Source: Candidatus Krumholzibacteriia bacterium (GTDB lineage Bacteria; Krumholzibacteriota; Krumholzibacteriia; JAJRXK01). Taken from it: DNA of 64,000 nt. Below, in pieces: positions 1 through 10,100 of this stretch. Each line of letters begins with the position of its first letter. The first letter of the stretch is position 1. The position numbers and the translations under genes were made by a program. Where the stretch lies: contig JBGPIA010000001.1 in the NCBI GenBank assembly GCA_041484665.1, forward strand, positions 192,001 through 256,000, read 5' to 3'. The notes beneath the pieces are model-generated. The model saw only the letters and a program-made list of their open reading frames with translations, ran no database searches and was not told where the DNA came from.

Positions 1-138
1 CAGCCAGCGACGGCGCTGCCAGCAATCGGGCACGTACTCGCTCTGGTGCGGGTCGGTGCTGGGAATGAAATAGGCGGCAACACCGTGCTTCTCCATCAGC
101 ATGCGCAGGGCCTCGATCTTGTCCCTGGTGCTCATCAT
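1..138 (-). CDS. Aminopeptidase P (M24B) family protein, N-terminal fragment running off the window edge
   Basis: Not in the ORF track. Manual translation gives MMSTRDKIEALRMLMEKHGVAAYFIPSTDPHQSEYVPDCWQRRRWL; PSTDPHQSEY is the typical N-terminal motif. GGAGAGG RBS upstream. Confidence 0.85.
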   Translation of the reverse strand, partial: MMSTRDKIEALRMLMEKHGVAAYFIPSTDPHQSEYVPDCWQRRRWL

Positions 139-329
139 CGTCACATCCTCTCCGTCGCCCCGTCGTCTTGGTGCTTGCTCTCGTTTCTACGTCGGCGGCG
201 GCTGTCGCCCGCCCCGCCGGATGGCCGAGGTGCGCCCCTCCGGGTAGCGAGGTGCGCCCCACCGCGCGGCCAGCTACCTCGCCGGCAGCGGTCTCACGCC
301 CATGGCCGGCCGCGTACGGTTCGCCACGC

Positions 330-1928
330 TCAGACCGGCGCCAGATGCTCCCCGTCGACCGCAACCGCGCCCTCCCGCGCCAGCTTGGACACCACAGACT
401 GGACGCTGAGGGCGGCGAAGCCATGCATCGAAGCCGGGACGTCGGTGTAGACCCGCGTCACGACCTCCGCAATGGTCCCGGCGCCATCGCGGATGGCGGC
501 CAGGATCGCCGCCTCGCGCGCGCGGCGGTGGGCGAGCTGCGCCACGACGGCCGCTGCGCCTGCCGCCGCGGCCGGGCCGTGCGATGGGAACACCACCCGG
601 GCGGGCAGCTTCGCCAGGCGCTCGAGCGACTCCATGTATTGGACCATGTCTCCGTCACGCGGGTCCACGAGGATACTGGAAAGCGTCGAGATCATGTCGC
701 CCGCGATCAGGCTGCCGTACTCCCGCTCGAAGAAGCACAGGTGCCCGGCGGCGTGCCCTGGGGTGAAGATCGTCTCCAGCTCCCAGCCCGCGCGCCCGCT
801 GGGCGCGCGGCCCAAGGGCAGGCGGTCGCCGTCCTGCAGCGCCCGGTCGACTGCGATGCTGCCCGCCAGCAGGTCGCGGGTCACCGGGTGGGCCCACACC
901 GGCAGCCGCCAGCGCGCGCGCACGCGCTCGACGGCCCCGATGTGATCGGGATGATGGTGCGTCAGCACGATCGCCGCAAGGCGGCGCCCGCGGTCGCAAG
1001 CCTCCTGGAGCACGTCCTGGAGGCGGGCGCCCTCGTCGTCGTAGGGGGTGGCCGGGTCGAGCAGGTAGGCCGGATCGGAGCCGACGAGAAAGGCGTTCGT
1101 GTGGGTCGCGGGCGGAATCGTCGGCGTACGCAGCGGGATGAGCTGCACCGCCGGATTGTAGAAGATGGGATGGATGCGCCCGCGGGTGAACGCGTCGCCC
1201 ATCCGTGTCATCTCGGCCGCGGCGTCGTCCCACCCGTGCCGCTCGAGCACCTGCAGCAGCAAGAGCACAGGCGGAGCGATCAGCAGCTCGCCCGCTCGCC
1301 AGCGGGCGAGCCAACGCTGCGGCGTGTCCCAGCCTCCGTCCACCAGCTCGCCGGGCCAGATCTGTGGCTCGCCTTGGCCCGGCCGTAGCGCGCCCGATTC
1401 GCTCGACGGCTCGCCGGGCTGCTCCTGCGGCGCACGAGGACCCGCTCGTGGCCGGCCCCCACCCGGGAGGTCGTCGAGGTCGGCCTGGAAGAACTGCGTG
1501 TCGAAGCGCAACAGCGTGAAGGCAGGCGTGACCATGCGCGCCAACGGACGCAGCAGCGCGCCGTTGACCCACCCCGCGCGCTCGCACAGCGCCGCGGCGA
1601 AAACCTCCGGATCGACAATCAGGCGTCGGCGCAGGTCATCGCTCTGCACGGCTTCCAGCGGGGGCGATAGCTCCGCCAGGCAGAGCCCTGTCTCCTCCAG
1701 CGCCTCGCGCGCCACTGCGAACATGAACGCGGCCAGGTCGGGTGGGGCGCCACGCACGCTCGCCGCGTGGGCCCCGTCACTGGCGCTTAGCGTGCCCCCG
1801 GGGAAGGCCCACAGGCCGCCGAAGGCGCGCAGCGTCGGCGCGCGGTGGACCAGGTAGACGCGATCATCCTGCGCGGAGCGCCGCAGCACGAGGCCGCAGG
1901 CCGGACGGATGGAGGGGCGCGCCACCAT
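330..1928 (-). CDS. NUDIX hydrolase + metallo-beta-lactamase-fold hydrolase fusion with C-terminal winged helix (LACTB2-like)
   Basis: FPGG...AREALEETG Nudix box; THHHPDHIG, TPGH, GD and PSHG MBL motifs. ATG at 1928 overlaps the upstream stop (ATGA). Confidence 0.85.
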   Translation of the reverse strand: MVARPSIRPACGLVLRRSAQDDRVYLVHRAPTLRAFGGLWAFPGGTLSASDGAHAASVRGAPPDLAAFMFAVAREALEETGLCLAELSPPLEAVQSDDLRRRLIVDPEVFAAALCERAGWVNGALLRPLARMVTPAFTLLRFDTQFFQADLDDLPGGGRPRAGPRAPQEQPGEPSSESGALRPGQGEPQIWPGELVDGGWDTPQRWLARWRAGELLIAPPVLLLLQVLERHGWDDAAAEMTRMGDAFTRGRIHPIFYNPAVQLIPLRTPTIPPATHTNAFLVGSDPAYLLDPATPYDDEGARLQDVLQEACDRGRRLAAIVLTHHHPDHIGAVERVRARWRLPVWAHPVTRDLLAGSIAVDRALQDGDRLPLGRAPSGRAGWELETIFTPGHAAGHLCFFEREYGSLIAGDMISTLSSILVDPRDGDMVQYMESLERLAKLPARVVFPSHGPAAAAGAAAVVAQLAHRRAREAAILAAIRDGAGTIAEVVTRVYTDVPASMHGFAALSVQSVVSKLAREGAVAVDGEHLAPV

Positions 1929-3292
1929 CAGAACGGCACGTCGCCGCCGGTCTCCTCCTCGAGTTTCTTGCGCAGCTGCTGCGCGTGGGAGCGCAGCGCA
2001 TCCACGACCCCCGCAGGCTTGCCCAGCTGCGTGGCCAGCGCGTCGGACTGGAGCGGCGCCGCGGCCTTGGCCCAGTCGCGCCAGCGCGCGAGCGCCGTTA
2101 CCTGCGGGCAGCTGCTGGCCGCGCGGCCGAAGGCCGCCTCGGCGGCGCTGTACTTCCCGGCGGCGAAGCTGTGCAACCCCTCGTCGTAGGCCAACGCGCC
2201 CGCGAGGCTCGTCGGCATCCAGGACGCCGGATCGCCGCCGGGCGCAGCGACGCCGGCGGTCTTCCACAGCTCTGGCAGCGAGCGCGCCAGCGGCAGCAGC
2301 TCCTGTCCCTTGGCGCCGGGATCGATGGACGGTGACGCTGGCTCCCCCGCGCCCGAGCCGCTCAAGGGGATCAGCGCCAGGCGCACGTGCATGGTGCCGT
2401 CCTCGATCACGAGGAAGCTCGTTGCGAGCACCTTCTCCACGCCGCGCTTGGCCAGCGCTTTGGCCGTAATCGTGCGCGCTTGCGCATCGTCGAAGTCGGA
2501 AACGCCGCGCTTGTCGGCCGCCAGCCAGGCCAGGGTGTGGTCCGGGCCCAGGACGGTGATCCCCTTGGCGCCCTTCAGCCCCATCTCCAGCGCAACCGCC
2601 AGCGCCGATGACGCGCCACCGGCTCCCTTGTCCGACCCCTTGTCGGCGCCGCCCAGATCCGCGGGAGGCAGCATGGCCACGGTTGCCGCTCCCGCGCCGG
2701 CATCGTCATCACCGGGCTCGGCGGTCTGGGCTGCGGCGCGCAGCAACGACGCGCGCGTGCGCAGTCGCGCGGAGATTCCGGGCAACAGAACCCCCGCGCG
2801 CTCGTAGTCCTTCGCCGCTCCCTCGCCATCGCCGAGCATCTCGAGGGTCAGCGCGTGATAGCCGGCCAGGTACGGATCGTCAGCGAGCTGCGGGGCGGCG
2901 CGCTCGAGCGCCACCCGGGCATCCTTGTAGAGCCCCAGCCGCGCCTGCACGATGCCGAGGTCGCGCCAGCCAAGGGGGTCGTTGGGCTTGGAGGCCACCT
3001 TCTGGTTGAGCACATCCAGCAGGCCTGAGACCTTGTCGTCCGGCCGGGTCACCGCATCCGTCAGGAGACGCTCGGGCACCGCACCGCTCGCAGAGGACGC
3101 GGCGACAGAGGCCTTGGCCCCCACCGCCGAACTGCCCGTCGTGGCGCCGCACCCGGCAACGGTCAACGCGCAGACGGCCAGCCCGGCCGCGCAGACACCC
3201 AGGGCCAGCGCTGCGAGACCCCGCGCCACCGGCCCGCCCCGGACGACACGCCCATTCGCGCTGCACAGCCCACGGTTTCTCTCTTCGACCAT
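1928..3292 (-). CDS. TPR-containing lipoprotein, possibly with a CsgG/TolB-N-like alpha/beta domain
   Basis: Hydrophobic signal with lipobox VAGC; TPR-like WRDLGIVQARLGLYKDARVALERA; VAMLPPAD strand; C-terminal TPR-like helices. RBS before ATG 3292. Confidence 0.65.
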   Translation of the reverse strand: MVEERNRGLCSANGRVVRGGPVARGLAALALGVCAAGLAVCALTVAGCGATTGSSAVGAKASVAASSASGAVPERLLTDAVTRPDDKVSGLLDVLNQKVASKPNDPLGWRDLGIVQARLGLYKDARVALERAAPQLADDPYLAGYHALTLEMLGDGEGAAKDYERAGVLLPGISARLRTRASLLRAAAQTAEPGDDDAGAGAATVAMLPPADLGGADKGSDKGAGGASSALAVALEMGLKGAKGITVLGPDHTLAWLAADKRGVSDFDDAQARTITAKALAKRGVEKVLATSFLVIEDGTMHVRLALIPLSGSGAGEPASPSIDPGAKGQELLPLARSLPELWKTAGVAAPGGDPASWMPTSLAGALAYDEGLHSFAAGKYSAAEAAFGRAASSCPQVTALARWRDWAKAAAPLQSDALATQLGKPAGVVDALRSHAQQLRKKLEEETGGDVPF

Positions 3293-3368
3293 GTCCCTCA
3301 CCCTCCTTTTCCACTCCACCCGCGCCGCCGGGCCGCACGCCGGCGGCTAAGCCGGCGCGCGTCAGCGG

Positions 3369-4718
3369 TCACTGATTCGCTGTCAACCCCTCCGGCTTGG
3401 GCAGCTCCATCGCCTGCGTGAGTGAGAGCCGCTCCTGCTGCTCGGCAATCGTGTTCATGGCGAACGTGGCGGGCTCGAAGTCGGGTCGCATGTCCAGGGC
3501 GAGCTGCAGCTGCTTGCGCGCGTTGCCGTAGTCCTCCTGGTCGGCGAACTCCAGCGCCTTGTGGTAGTGCTCCAGCGCCAGGACCGACTTGGCGCCTGCG
3601 CCCAGCTGCCCCACGTGCCGTGCGTTCCACTCGGTGAGCCGGCCGCCGGTGACGCACTCCGCCCACTGCACGATGGCCCGCTCGACGACCTTCATCACGT
3701 CAGCGCCCTTCCCCTCCGCCGTCGAGCCGCAGAGGTACTCGCCCGTCTCCACCGTGAACATGCTGATGCCGACCTTCACGCGGTCCTTCGCGTCGCGCAC
3801 GATCGAGCCTTCGATGAAGCCCTGGACGGCCGCGACGTTGCCGGCGCGGACCAGGCTCCCCTGGTCAAGCAGCTTCGCGTTGATCACGGCGTCGGACTTC
3901 AATCCGTTCTGCATGGCGATCTCGCGCATCAGCAGCTCGCGGCGGGTGTACGGCACCACCCGAACCGGCCGGGGCGCAGCGCCCGGGGTCTTCGCCGCTC
4001 CCTTGTCGGCCTTGAGCGTCCTGGAGTTGAGGTTCTCCTCCAGGAGCGACGTGACCAGCGTGGGCAGCGCAGTGGCCAGCGTGCCCAGGTCGAAGTCCTT
4101 GCGCGAGAGGTCGACCACATCGAAGTCAAGCAGCGCCAGGTTGTAGAGCCCGGGGCTGCCGCCCAAGAAACCGAAGGAGCGGTAGGCATCGAAGATGGGC
4201 TGGCGCCAGCTGGCGGGATAGGTGTCCAGCGACTTGGGCCGCCAGGCCGCGTCGTTGCGCAGCACCTCCTGGTAGCACTGCTGCGCGCTGCTGAAGTTCT
4301 TGGCGATCGAATAGAGCTCGGCCATGAGCTCGAGGCTCTCGATGCGCCCGCCCACGCTCATCTCGGCGCGGTGGTTCTCCCAGAGGGCCTTCACGCAGGA
4401 GAAGGATTCGGTGAGCTTGCCGGCGGCGCGCAGGTCGCGGCAGTTCTGCCGCTCGATGCCGAAGGTGTCCACGCCCTTGGCGTCCTCGCCAACCGCGGCG
4501 GAGGCAGCCGCCGGTGGCGTCCCGGCAGTCGCCTGCGTGCCGGGAGCGGTGGGCGTCCCGGCGGCCGGAGGCGTAGCGGTCGGCTTGGCCGTCGTGCCCG
4601 GGGGTGGCGTGCCGGCGGACGGCGGCGGCGTCCCCGCCTGCGACGCGGCAGCCGCCAGCTGCGCGCCGGGGGCCAGGACGATCAGGCCCAGCGCCAGGTA
4701 GTAGAGCGAGCGCTTCAT
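3369..4718 (-). CDS. Secreted TPR + CsgG/FlgO-like domain protein
   Basis: Signal peptide MKRSLYYLALGLIVLAPGAQLAAA; Pro/Thr linker; LALLDFD...RRELLMREI...RAGNVAAVQGFIEGSI pattern; C-terminal TPR. Confidence 0.65.
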   Translation of the reverse strand: MKRSLYYLALGLIVLAPGAQLAAAASQAGTPPPSAGTPPPGTTAKPTATPPAAGTPTAPGTQATAGTPPAAASAAVGEDAKGVDTFGIERQNCRDLRAAGKLTESFSCVKALWENHRAEMSVGGRIESLELMAELYSIAKNFSSAQQCYQEVLRNDAAWRPKSLDTYPASWRQPIFDAYRSFGFLGGSPGLYNLALLDFDVVDLSRKDFDLGTLATALPTLVTSLLEENLNSRTLKADKGAAKTPGAAPRPVRVVPYTRRELLMREIAMQNGLKSDAVINAKLLDQGSLVRAGNVAAVQGFIEGSIVRDAKDRVKVGISMFTVETGEYLCGSTAEGKGADVMKVVERAIVQWAECVTGGRLTEWNARHVGQLGAGAKSVLALEHYHKALEFADQEDYGNARKQLQLALDMRPDFEPATFAMNTIAEQQERLSLTQAMELPKPEGLTANQ

Positions 4719-4771
4719 GGTTGGGTCTCCTTCCACAGCGGGGACTGCACGCGCACAGGGGTGGCGAGCGC

Positions 4772-6370
4772 CTAGGACCCCAGGTCGACCTCGATCTCCT
4801 CTCCGTCCGTCTGGACCTCGAGGGGGATGAGCTTGGGTGCGAGCAGCCCTCCCTTGGCGCGGATGGTATGCCGGCCCGGCGTGAGACGCACCTTCCAGAT
4901 CATGGGGTCCGGCCCCGGGCTGTAGCTATCCTTGTCGTCGACCACCAGCTCCCTCACGTTGCCGTAGGGGTGGCCGCCCTTGCGGAAGCGCAGCACCGCC
5001 TGCACGAGCTTGGGTCCAACGATCTCGATGCGGCGCAGCAGGGGCTGGAGGTCCGCGCGTCCGACGGCGGTCAGGCGCAGGACGAAGGGCCCCGGCGAGA
5101 GCCCAGCCGTCGACCACCGCGCGCCCCCCGTCGAAGCGCCTCCGCTGAAAACGCGCGTCCAGGTCGCGCTGCCCGCGTCGGGCGCGCCCTCGATCAGCAT
5201 GTTGCCGTCGACTCCGGCAGTGCCCCAGCGAACCTCGAGCATGTCGCCCGCGGGCACCTGCTGTCCAGCGCCCGGGGACTCCCACCACAGGCCGCCCTCG
5301 ACCTTGAGCGCCCCCGCCAGGCGCGACACCTCGCCTCCCGCGCTGCCCGTCACCACCAGGTTCCAGGCGCCCGCCGAGACGAGGCCGGCCGCGACCGAGA
5401 GCTCGAGCGCGTCGGCGGACTTCGAGACGATCTTGCAGCTGACGCTCTCCCGGCCGTGCTCCAGCGAAGCCGCGATGGCACGGTCGAGGTGGCTCCCGCT
5501 GACGCGCAGGCGGCCGTCCCAGCCGGCGCTAGCGACCACGCGCGCCGGCTCGACGGCCTTGGGCTGCGGTGGCGGCTGGAAGGTCTCGACCTTCTCCTGC
5601 ACCTGCCGGACGTGGGGATCGGTGCCGGTACTCACGAACCACCGCAGCGGAAAGTCGACGCTGCCGCGCAGCGCGTCAAAGGAGCGCACCAGCTCCAGAT
5701 GATACTCCTGCTCGCCGCGTTTCATCCGGAACAGCAGGTCGTCGATCTGGATCGGGACTACGTAGACCGCAGGCTCGCCCTCTTTGGCCGTCACGCCCGG
5801 CTCCAACGCCCCGTGCAACCCCTCGACCGGGTCGTCGTGCTGGTTCTTAACGGCGACGAAGGTCGTGACCTTCTGGCTGAGGAACTCGCTCGCCCGATCG
5901 TTGAGCAGCACCTGGCGCAGCTTGCCCCTCTCGAAGGTGGCCTTGCTCAGCTCGAGAGTGAGGCGGTCCGGGTCGGAGCCCGGGTAGCGCAGGACGCCCA
6001 CGACGCGCTCGGCCTCGATCTCGCCACGGCGCTGGCTGCCCTTGACCGTGAGCTTGGCCGTACGGGCGCGAGCGGGTGGGAGCGGCTGCGGTGTCACGAG
6101 CTCGCCGGTCTTCTGCAGCCTGAGCGCGTACTCCATGTCCTCCAGCAGCTCGTTGCTGTCCACGAGCAGTGCGCTGCCCTGGCCGGTAAGGTCCGGATCG
6201 CCCTCGACCTCCACCTCGAAGCTGAACGGCGCCATGATCTGCCAGATGCGGAACGCCCCCAGCGCTCCCACCAGCACGGTGATGAGGAGCACGGGCAGGC
6301 GCATCCGGGCCCACGGGCCGCGCGGACGCCGCGGCGGCAGGGCAGCGGAGGAGGGCGCGGACTCAGGCAT
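4772..6370 (-). CDS. Membrane-anchored protein with Ig-like/beta-sandwich domains (PEGA-like C-terminus)
   Basis: N-terminal TM LPVLLITVLVGALGAF; beta-rich body; C-terminal LTPGRHTIRAKG. Start uncertain (6370 or 6304). Confidence 0.55.
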   Translation of the reverse strand: MPESAPSSAALPPRRPRGPWARMRLPVLLITVLVGALGAFRIWQIMAPFSFEVEVEGDPDLTGQGSALLVDSNELLEDMEYALRLQKTGELVTPQPLPPARARTAKLTVKGSQRRGEIEAERVVGVLRYPGSDPDRLTLELSKATFERGKLRQVLLNDRASEFLSQKVTTFVAVKNQHDDPVEGLHGALEPGVTAKEGEPAVYVVPIQIDDLLFRMKRGEQEYHLELVRSFDALRGSVDFPLRWFVSTGTDPHVRQVQEKVETFQPPPQPKAVEPARVVASAGWDGRLRVSGSHLDRAIAASLEHGRESVSCKIVSKSADALELSVAAGLVSAGAWNLVVTGSAGGEVSRLAGALKVEGGLWWESPGAGQQVPAGDMLEVRWGTAGVDGNMLIEGAPDAGSATWTRVFSGGASTGGARWSTAGLSPGPFVLRLTAVGRADLQPLLRRIEIVGPKLVQAVLRFRKGGHPYGNVRELVVDDKDSYSPGPDPMIWKVRLTPGRHTIRAKGGLLAPKLIPLEVQTDGEEIEVDLGS

Positions 6371-6389
6371 GATGGGGCGCGCCGAGGCG

Positions 6390-6974
6390 CTACTTGCAGC
6401 CCGCTGGATCGACCAGGACCTGCGCGTCCTTGCCAACCTTGGGGAAGAGCCGGTCCTGCGTGCCGATGCATGGCTCACCGCCGTGGATCAGGAACAGGGT
6501 GAGCACCTTTACGATGATGTTGCGCCCCTTGCCCTTCATCTGTACGGGGGAGTTCAGCTCGATCGGCGCGCCATCGGCGCCCACGGTCGATTCGAACAAG
6601 AGCGACAGCTTGCCGGCCTTGCCAGCGAAGCCATTGCCCTTGGCGTCGGTCACCTTGACCACGACGGGCGTGCCTTCCTTCAGTGCCACACAGCCCGAGA
6701 GGACCTTGTTGCGCGCGATCTCCCCCTGCAGCACCGCGCCCTTTTTTACGCTCCCGCTGCAGAACGGCGTCGGGAAGCGCACCTCCAGACTGTCTCCCTG
6801 GGCCAGCATGAGCTGCGTGTACTGGGCCCCGCCCGCTGCGGAGCCGGGCGCCGCAGCGCCGGCCGGGGTGGATGCCGCCCCGAGCGCGGCCGCCCACAGC
6901 AGGGCAATCAACGCAATCGCCGTGCCCGCTGCGGAGCCGGCCGAGCTGCCCTTCGCTTCGCGATTCGTTCGCAC
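6390..6974 (-). CDS. Secreted protein with a TrbI/VirB10-like beta-barrel domain
   Basis: GTG start with AGGAGG RBS; signal peptide; ALKEGTPVVVKVTDAKGNGFAGKAGKLSLLFEST..DGAPIEL pattern followed by a short hydrophobic segment. Confidence 0.55.
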   Translation of the reverse strand: MRTNREAKGSSAGSAAGTAIALIALLWAAALGAASTPAGAAAPGSAAGGAQYTQLMLAQGDSLEVRFPTPFCSGSVKKGAVLQGEIARNKVLSGCVALKEGTPVVVKVTDAKGNGFAGKAGKLSLLFESTVGADGAPIELNSPVQMKGKGRNIIVKVLTLFLIHGGEPCIGTQDRLFPKVGKDAQVLVDPAGCK

Positions 6975-7106
6975 CGTCGAACACCTCCTGCACCGGAATG
7001 TCAGCCGCCCGCCCGCTCGCCCGGGCCGGCACGCTTGGGCCGTCACGCTCGGGCCGCTACGCTCAGTCCCACACGCCCGGGCCGGCGCGTTCGCGCCCGC
7101 GGGGCG

Positions 7107-10100
7107 TCATGGCAGCTCGGGGAGGGCGGCAGCGAGCTCCGTCCACCACCGGGGTTTGAATTCGAACTGCAGCGTCGCCACGTCGCTGCCGCCCGACGAC
7201 GGCGGCGGCAGGGCGGCCGAGGACGCGGCGATCTGCCGGGCCGTCTCGGGCGCGACGCGCGCCGTGAGCGTGCCCAAGAGCGACGTGGCTACGTGGCCAT
7301 CCCTGGGCGGGTCCACATAGAGGTGGAACCAGACCATCCCCTTATTCTCCTCGCGGCCCTGGATCAACAGCCGGTCCTGCGGCCCCACGGCCAGCGTGCC
7401 GCCGGCGTCCACGCGGGCCGTCGCGAAGCCGGTCCCGGGCGCCGCGAGCATCGGCGGCGCGAGCACCGAGATCAGCTCGGTGGCTGAGCCACCCGCGACG
7501 CGGCTCACGGTGATGCGCGGCCGGGCAACCTGTCGGCGCGTGCCCGAGTAGTCGGCGACCGAAAGCAGATGGACTTCGATCTGCTGGAGCGGGATCGGGA
7601 AGGGGCGCCCAAACGCCGCCACCAGCTCGCGGGCGGCAGCAACCCGCGCCTTCTCGCGTGGGTCACCCTCCAGCTGCCCCAGGTCGATCGCGGAGAGTTG
7701 GCGCACCAGAGCCGCCACGTTATTGAGCGCCGCCGCGCAGGTGGCGTCGCTCGCGCCACGCAGCTGGCCCACCGCCCCGCGCAGCTTCCCGTACACGTCG
7801 CGGAAGACGGCCTGGTGGCTCTGCGCCTGGTGCTGGTTGCGGGCCAGCCACGCGCTGCAGAGATCCCCGTAGAAGCCCTGGCCCAGCGCGCCGCGCGCGC
7901 CCTGCATCGCGGCGGCCACCGCCGGCGGCGCGGGGGACGGAGCGGCCTCGATCTGGCCCAGCACATCGATCATGCGCGCCAGCGCCTCCTGACTGGGCGC
8001 CGGCAGCGCCGCATCGCCCAGACGCGCGTAGACGCTCTTCGCCGCGCCGGTCTGCGGACCGCCGATCGCGCGCCATGCCTCCAGCTTCCAACGCGCGACA
8101 TGTGCGGCATAGTCGGCGACGGTGCAGGGGCTGGCCGCCGCGTTCGCCGGGCACAGCGCCACCGCTGCCGCAAGCAGCGCCTCGCCCTTGCCGGCCGCTC
8201 CGCCTGCCACCGCGCGCGCCGCCGCGTAGAACGCGTCCGCCTGCGCCAGCCGGCCGGGCACGGGCCGTCCGCCGTCGCGCAGGCGCGCCGCAGCGGCCTG
8301 CGCTTTCTTCACTCGCTCGGCCAGGTCGCCCTCGCTCAATGCAGCCGCACGATAGGGCACGGCCAGGGCCAGCGCGGAGAGCCCCGCGCGCTGCTCGGCG
8401 TCCATCAGGTCGCTGGCGGCGGCGGCGCCCTCGGCGATCTGGGCCAGCGTGGCCGGCGCGGCACAGCGCTCGGGGAACCCATCGGCGGCGGCCAGTAGTG
8501 CGCGAGCCGCCCGGGTGAACCCATCGCCCCCGCGCGTAGCAGCCAGCTTGCCCGCTGCGTCGGCGGCGCGCTGCAGAGCGTGCGCGCGGGCGACCGCCGT
8601 GCCCGTCACCGGATCGTTCTCCTTGCCCTCGGCCGAGGGCACGTGCAGCCTGCGCTCCTGCGCGTTGTAGGCCGCACGCAGCTGATCCAATGAGCCGGCG
8701 CTGAGCAGCTTCTGCAGCCCCTGCAGGCGGACCACCGACTCCGCGGCAGTCTGCGCTGCCTCCTGCAGGCTGGCCGCCACGGCCTTGAGGCTCTCGTCGC
8801 CGCGCGCCGACTTCGCGGCCTTCACCAGCTGCTCCTCGAGCGCGGGACACTCGGTGTCCAGCGCCGCGCTCGCGCGCTCGCCCAACGTTGTCAGCGCCGA
8901 CTTCATGGCCTCGGTGAGATCGAAATCGCGCGCGCCTTGGGCCAGCATCTGGGAGAGGATACCCTCGTGCTCGTCGACGAGCTGCGCAAGCGTCTTCGCG
9001 CTGGCGCGCCGCAGGCGCTCGCCGGACTGTACGTTCCCCGACTCCTGGCGGGCCGAGCGCGACAGCAGCACGCCCACGAGCGCGCCGGTGACCAGCACCG
9101 AGACGGCCACGATCACCAGGCCGCTGCGCGAGCGCCGCGAGCGACGAGACGAAGGTGGCAACGGCGGCGCCGGGGGTGGGACGCCGGCGGGCCGGTGCTG
9201 GAAGGGAAGCGCCGCGGCGCCGACACCCTCACCGGCGCCTTCGCGCAGCACGCCGCCGGCGGGATGCGGCGCCGCGGCGCCGGCCGCCGCGGTCGCCGCC
9301 GCCAGCGAGCCGACCTCGCTGCGACGCACCAGGCCCGTCGCGTGCGCCCAGTCCCGACGCTCCAGCGCCGCGAACAGATCGTTGACGTATCCAGTGGCGT
9401 CCGGCGGCAGCTGCGGCGGGCGCATGTCCTGCACCATCTGCAACGAGCGGCGGAAACTCGCCTCGTCCTGGCGCATGGCGGCCACTGCGAAGTTCTCGGC
9501 GTTGCGGTAGGCGAAGGTGGCCAGGCTCAGCCAGCGCCGCCGTGCGACCGGCGCCAGCTCCATCAGCTGCCCGAACACCTCCTCGGCCGCCGGGCTGTCG
9601 CTGGCCGAGGGCAGATGCAGGCGTCCCTCGGACAAGAGCCGCGTTAGCATCGCCCGCAGCATCGGGTACCGCTCGGGGAAGATCGCCCGCAGATCCTCGG
9701 CGCCGGTGGGATCCGACGGGAACTCCATGGGCGGGAAGGGCGTCTCAGGCGTCCACGCCTTCAGCAGCTCGCAGCGGCGACCGAGATGGAAGGGGTTGAA
9801 GTCGAGGGCGGCGTACATCTCCGCAGGAATGCGCACGATGTGGCGCAGCAACGCCCCGGGCCGCCCGCCGGCGTCGCGCCCCTGGTAGGTGATCTGGATG
9901 ACGGCGTAGTGCGATGGGTTGCCCGGCGGCGGGTCCTGATTCCACAGCGGAACCTGTACCAGCGCCCGTGTGAAGTCGGCCCCGGGCTCGTACTCGCCCC
10001 ACTGGTTGCAGATCTGCTCGTGCTGCTCGATGGCAGCCGCGTCCAGCCCAGGAGTGACAGCATGGGTGTGATGGCCGGGCTTGAGCCCGGGCAGGGCAAG

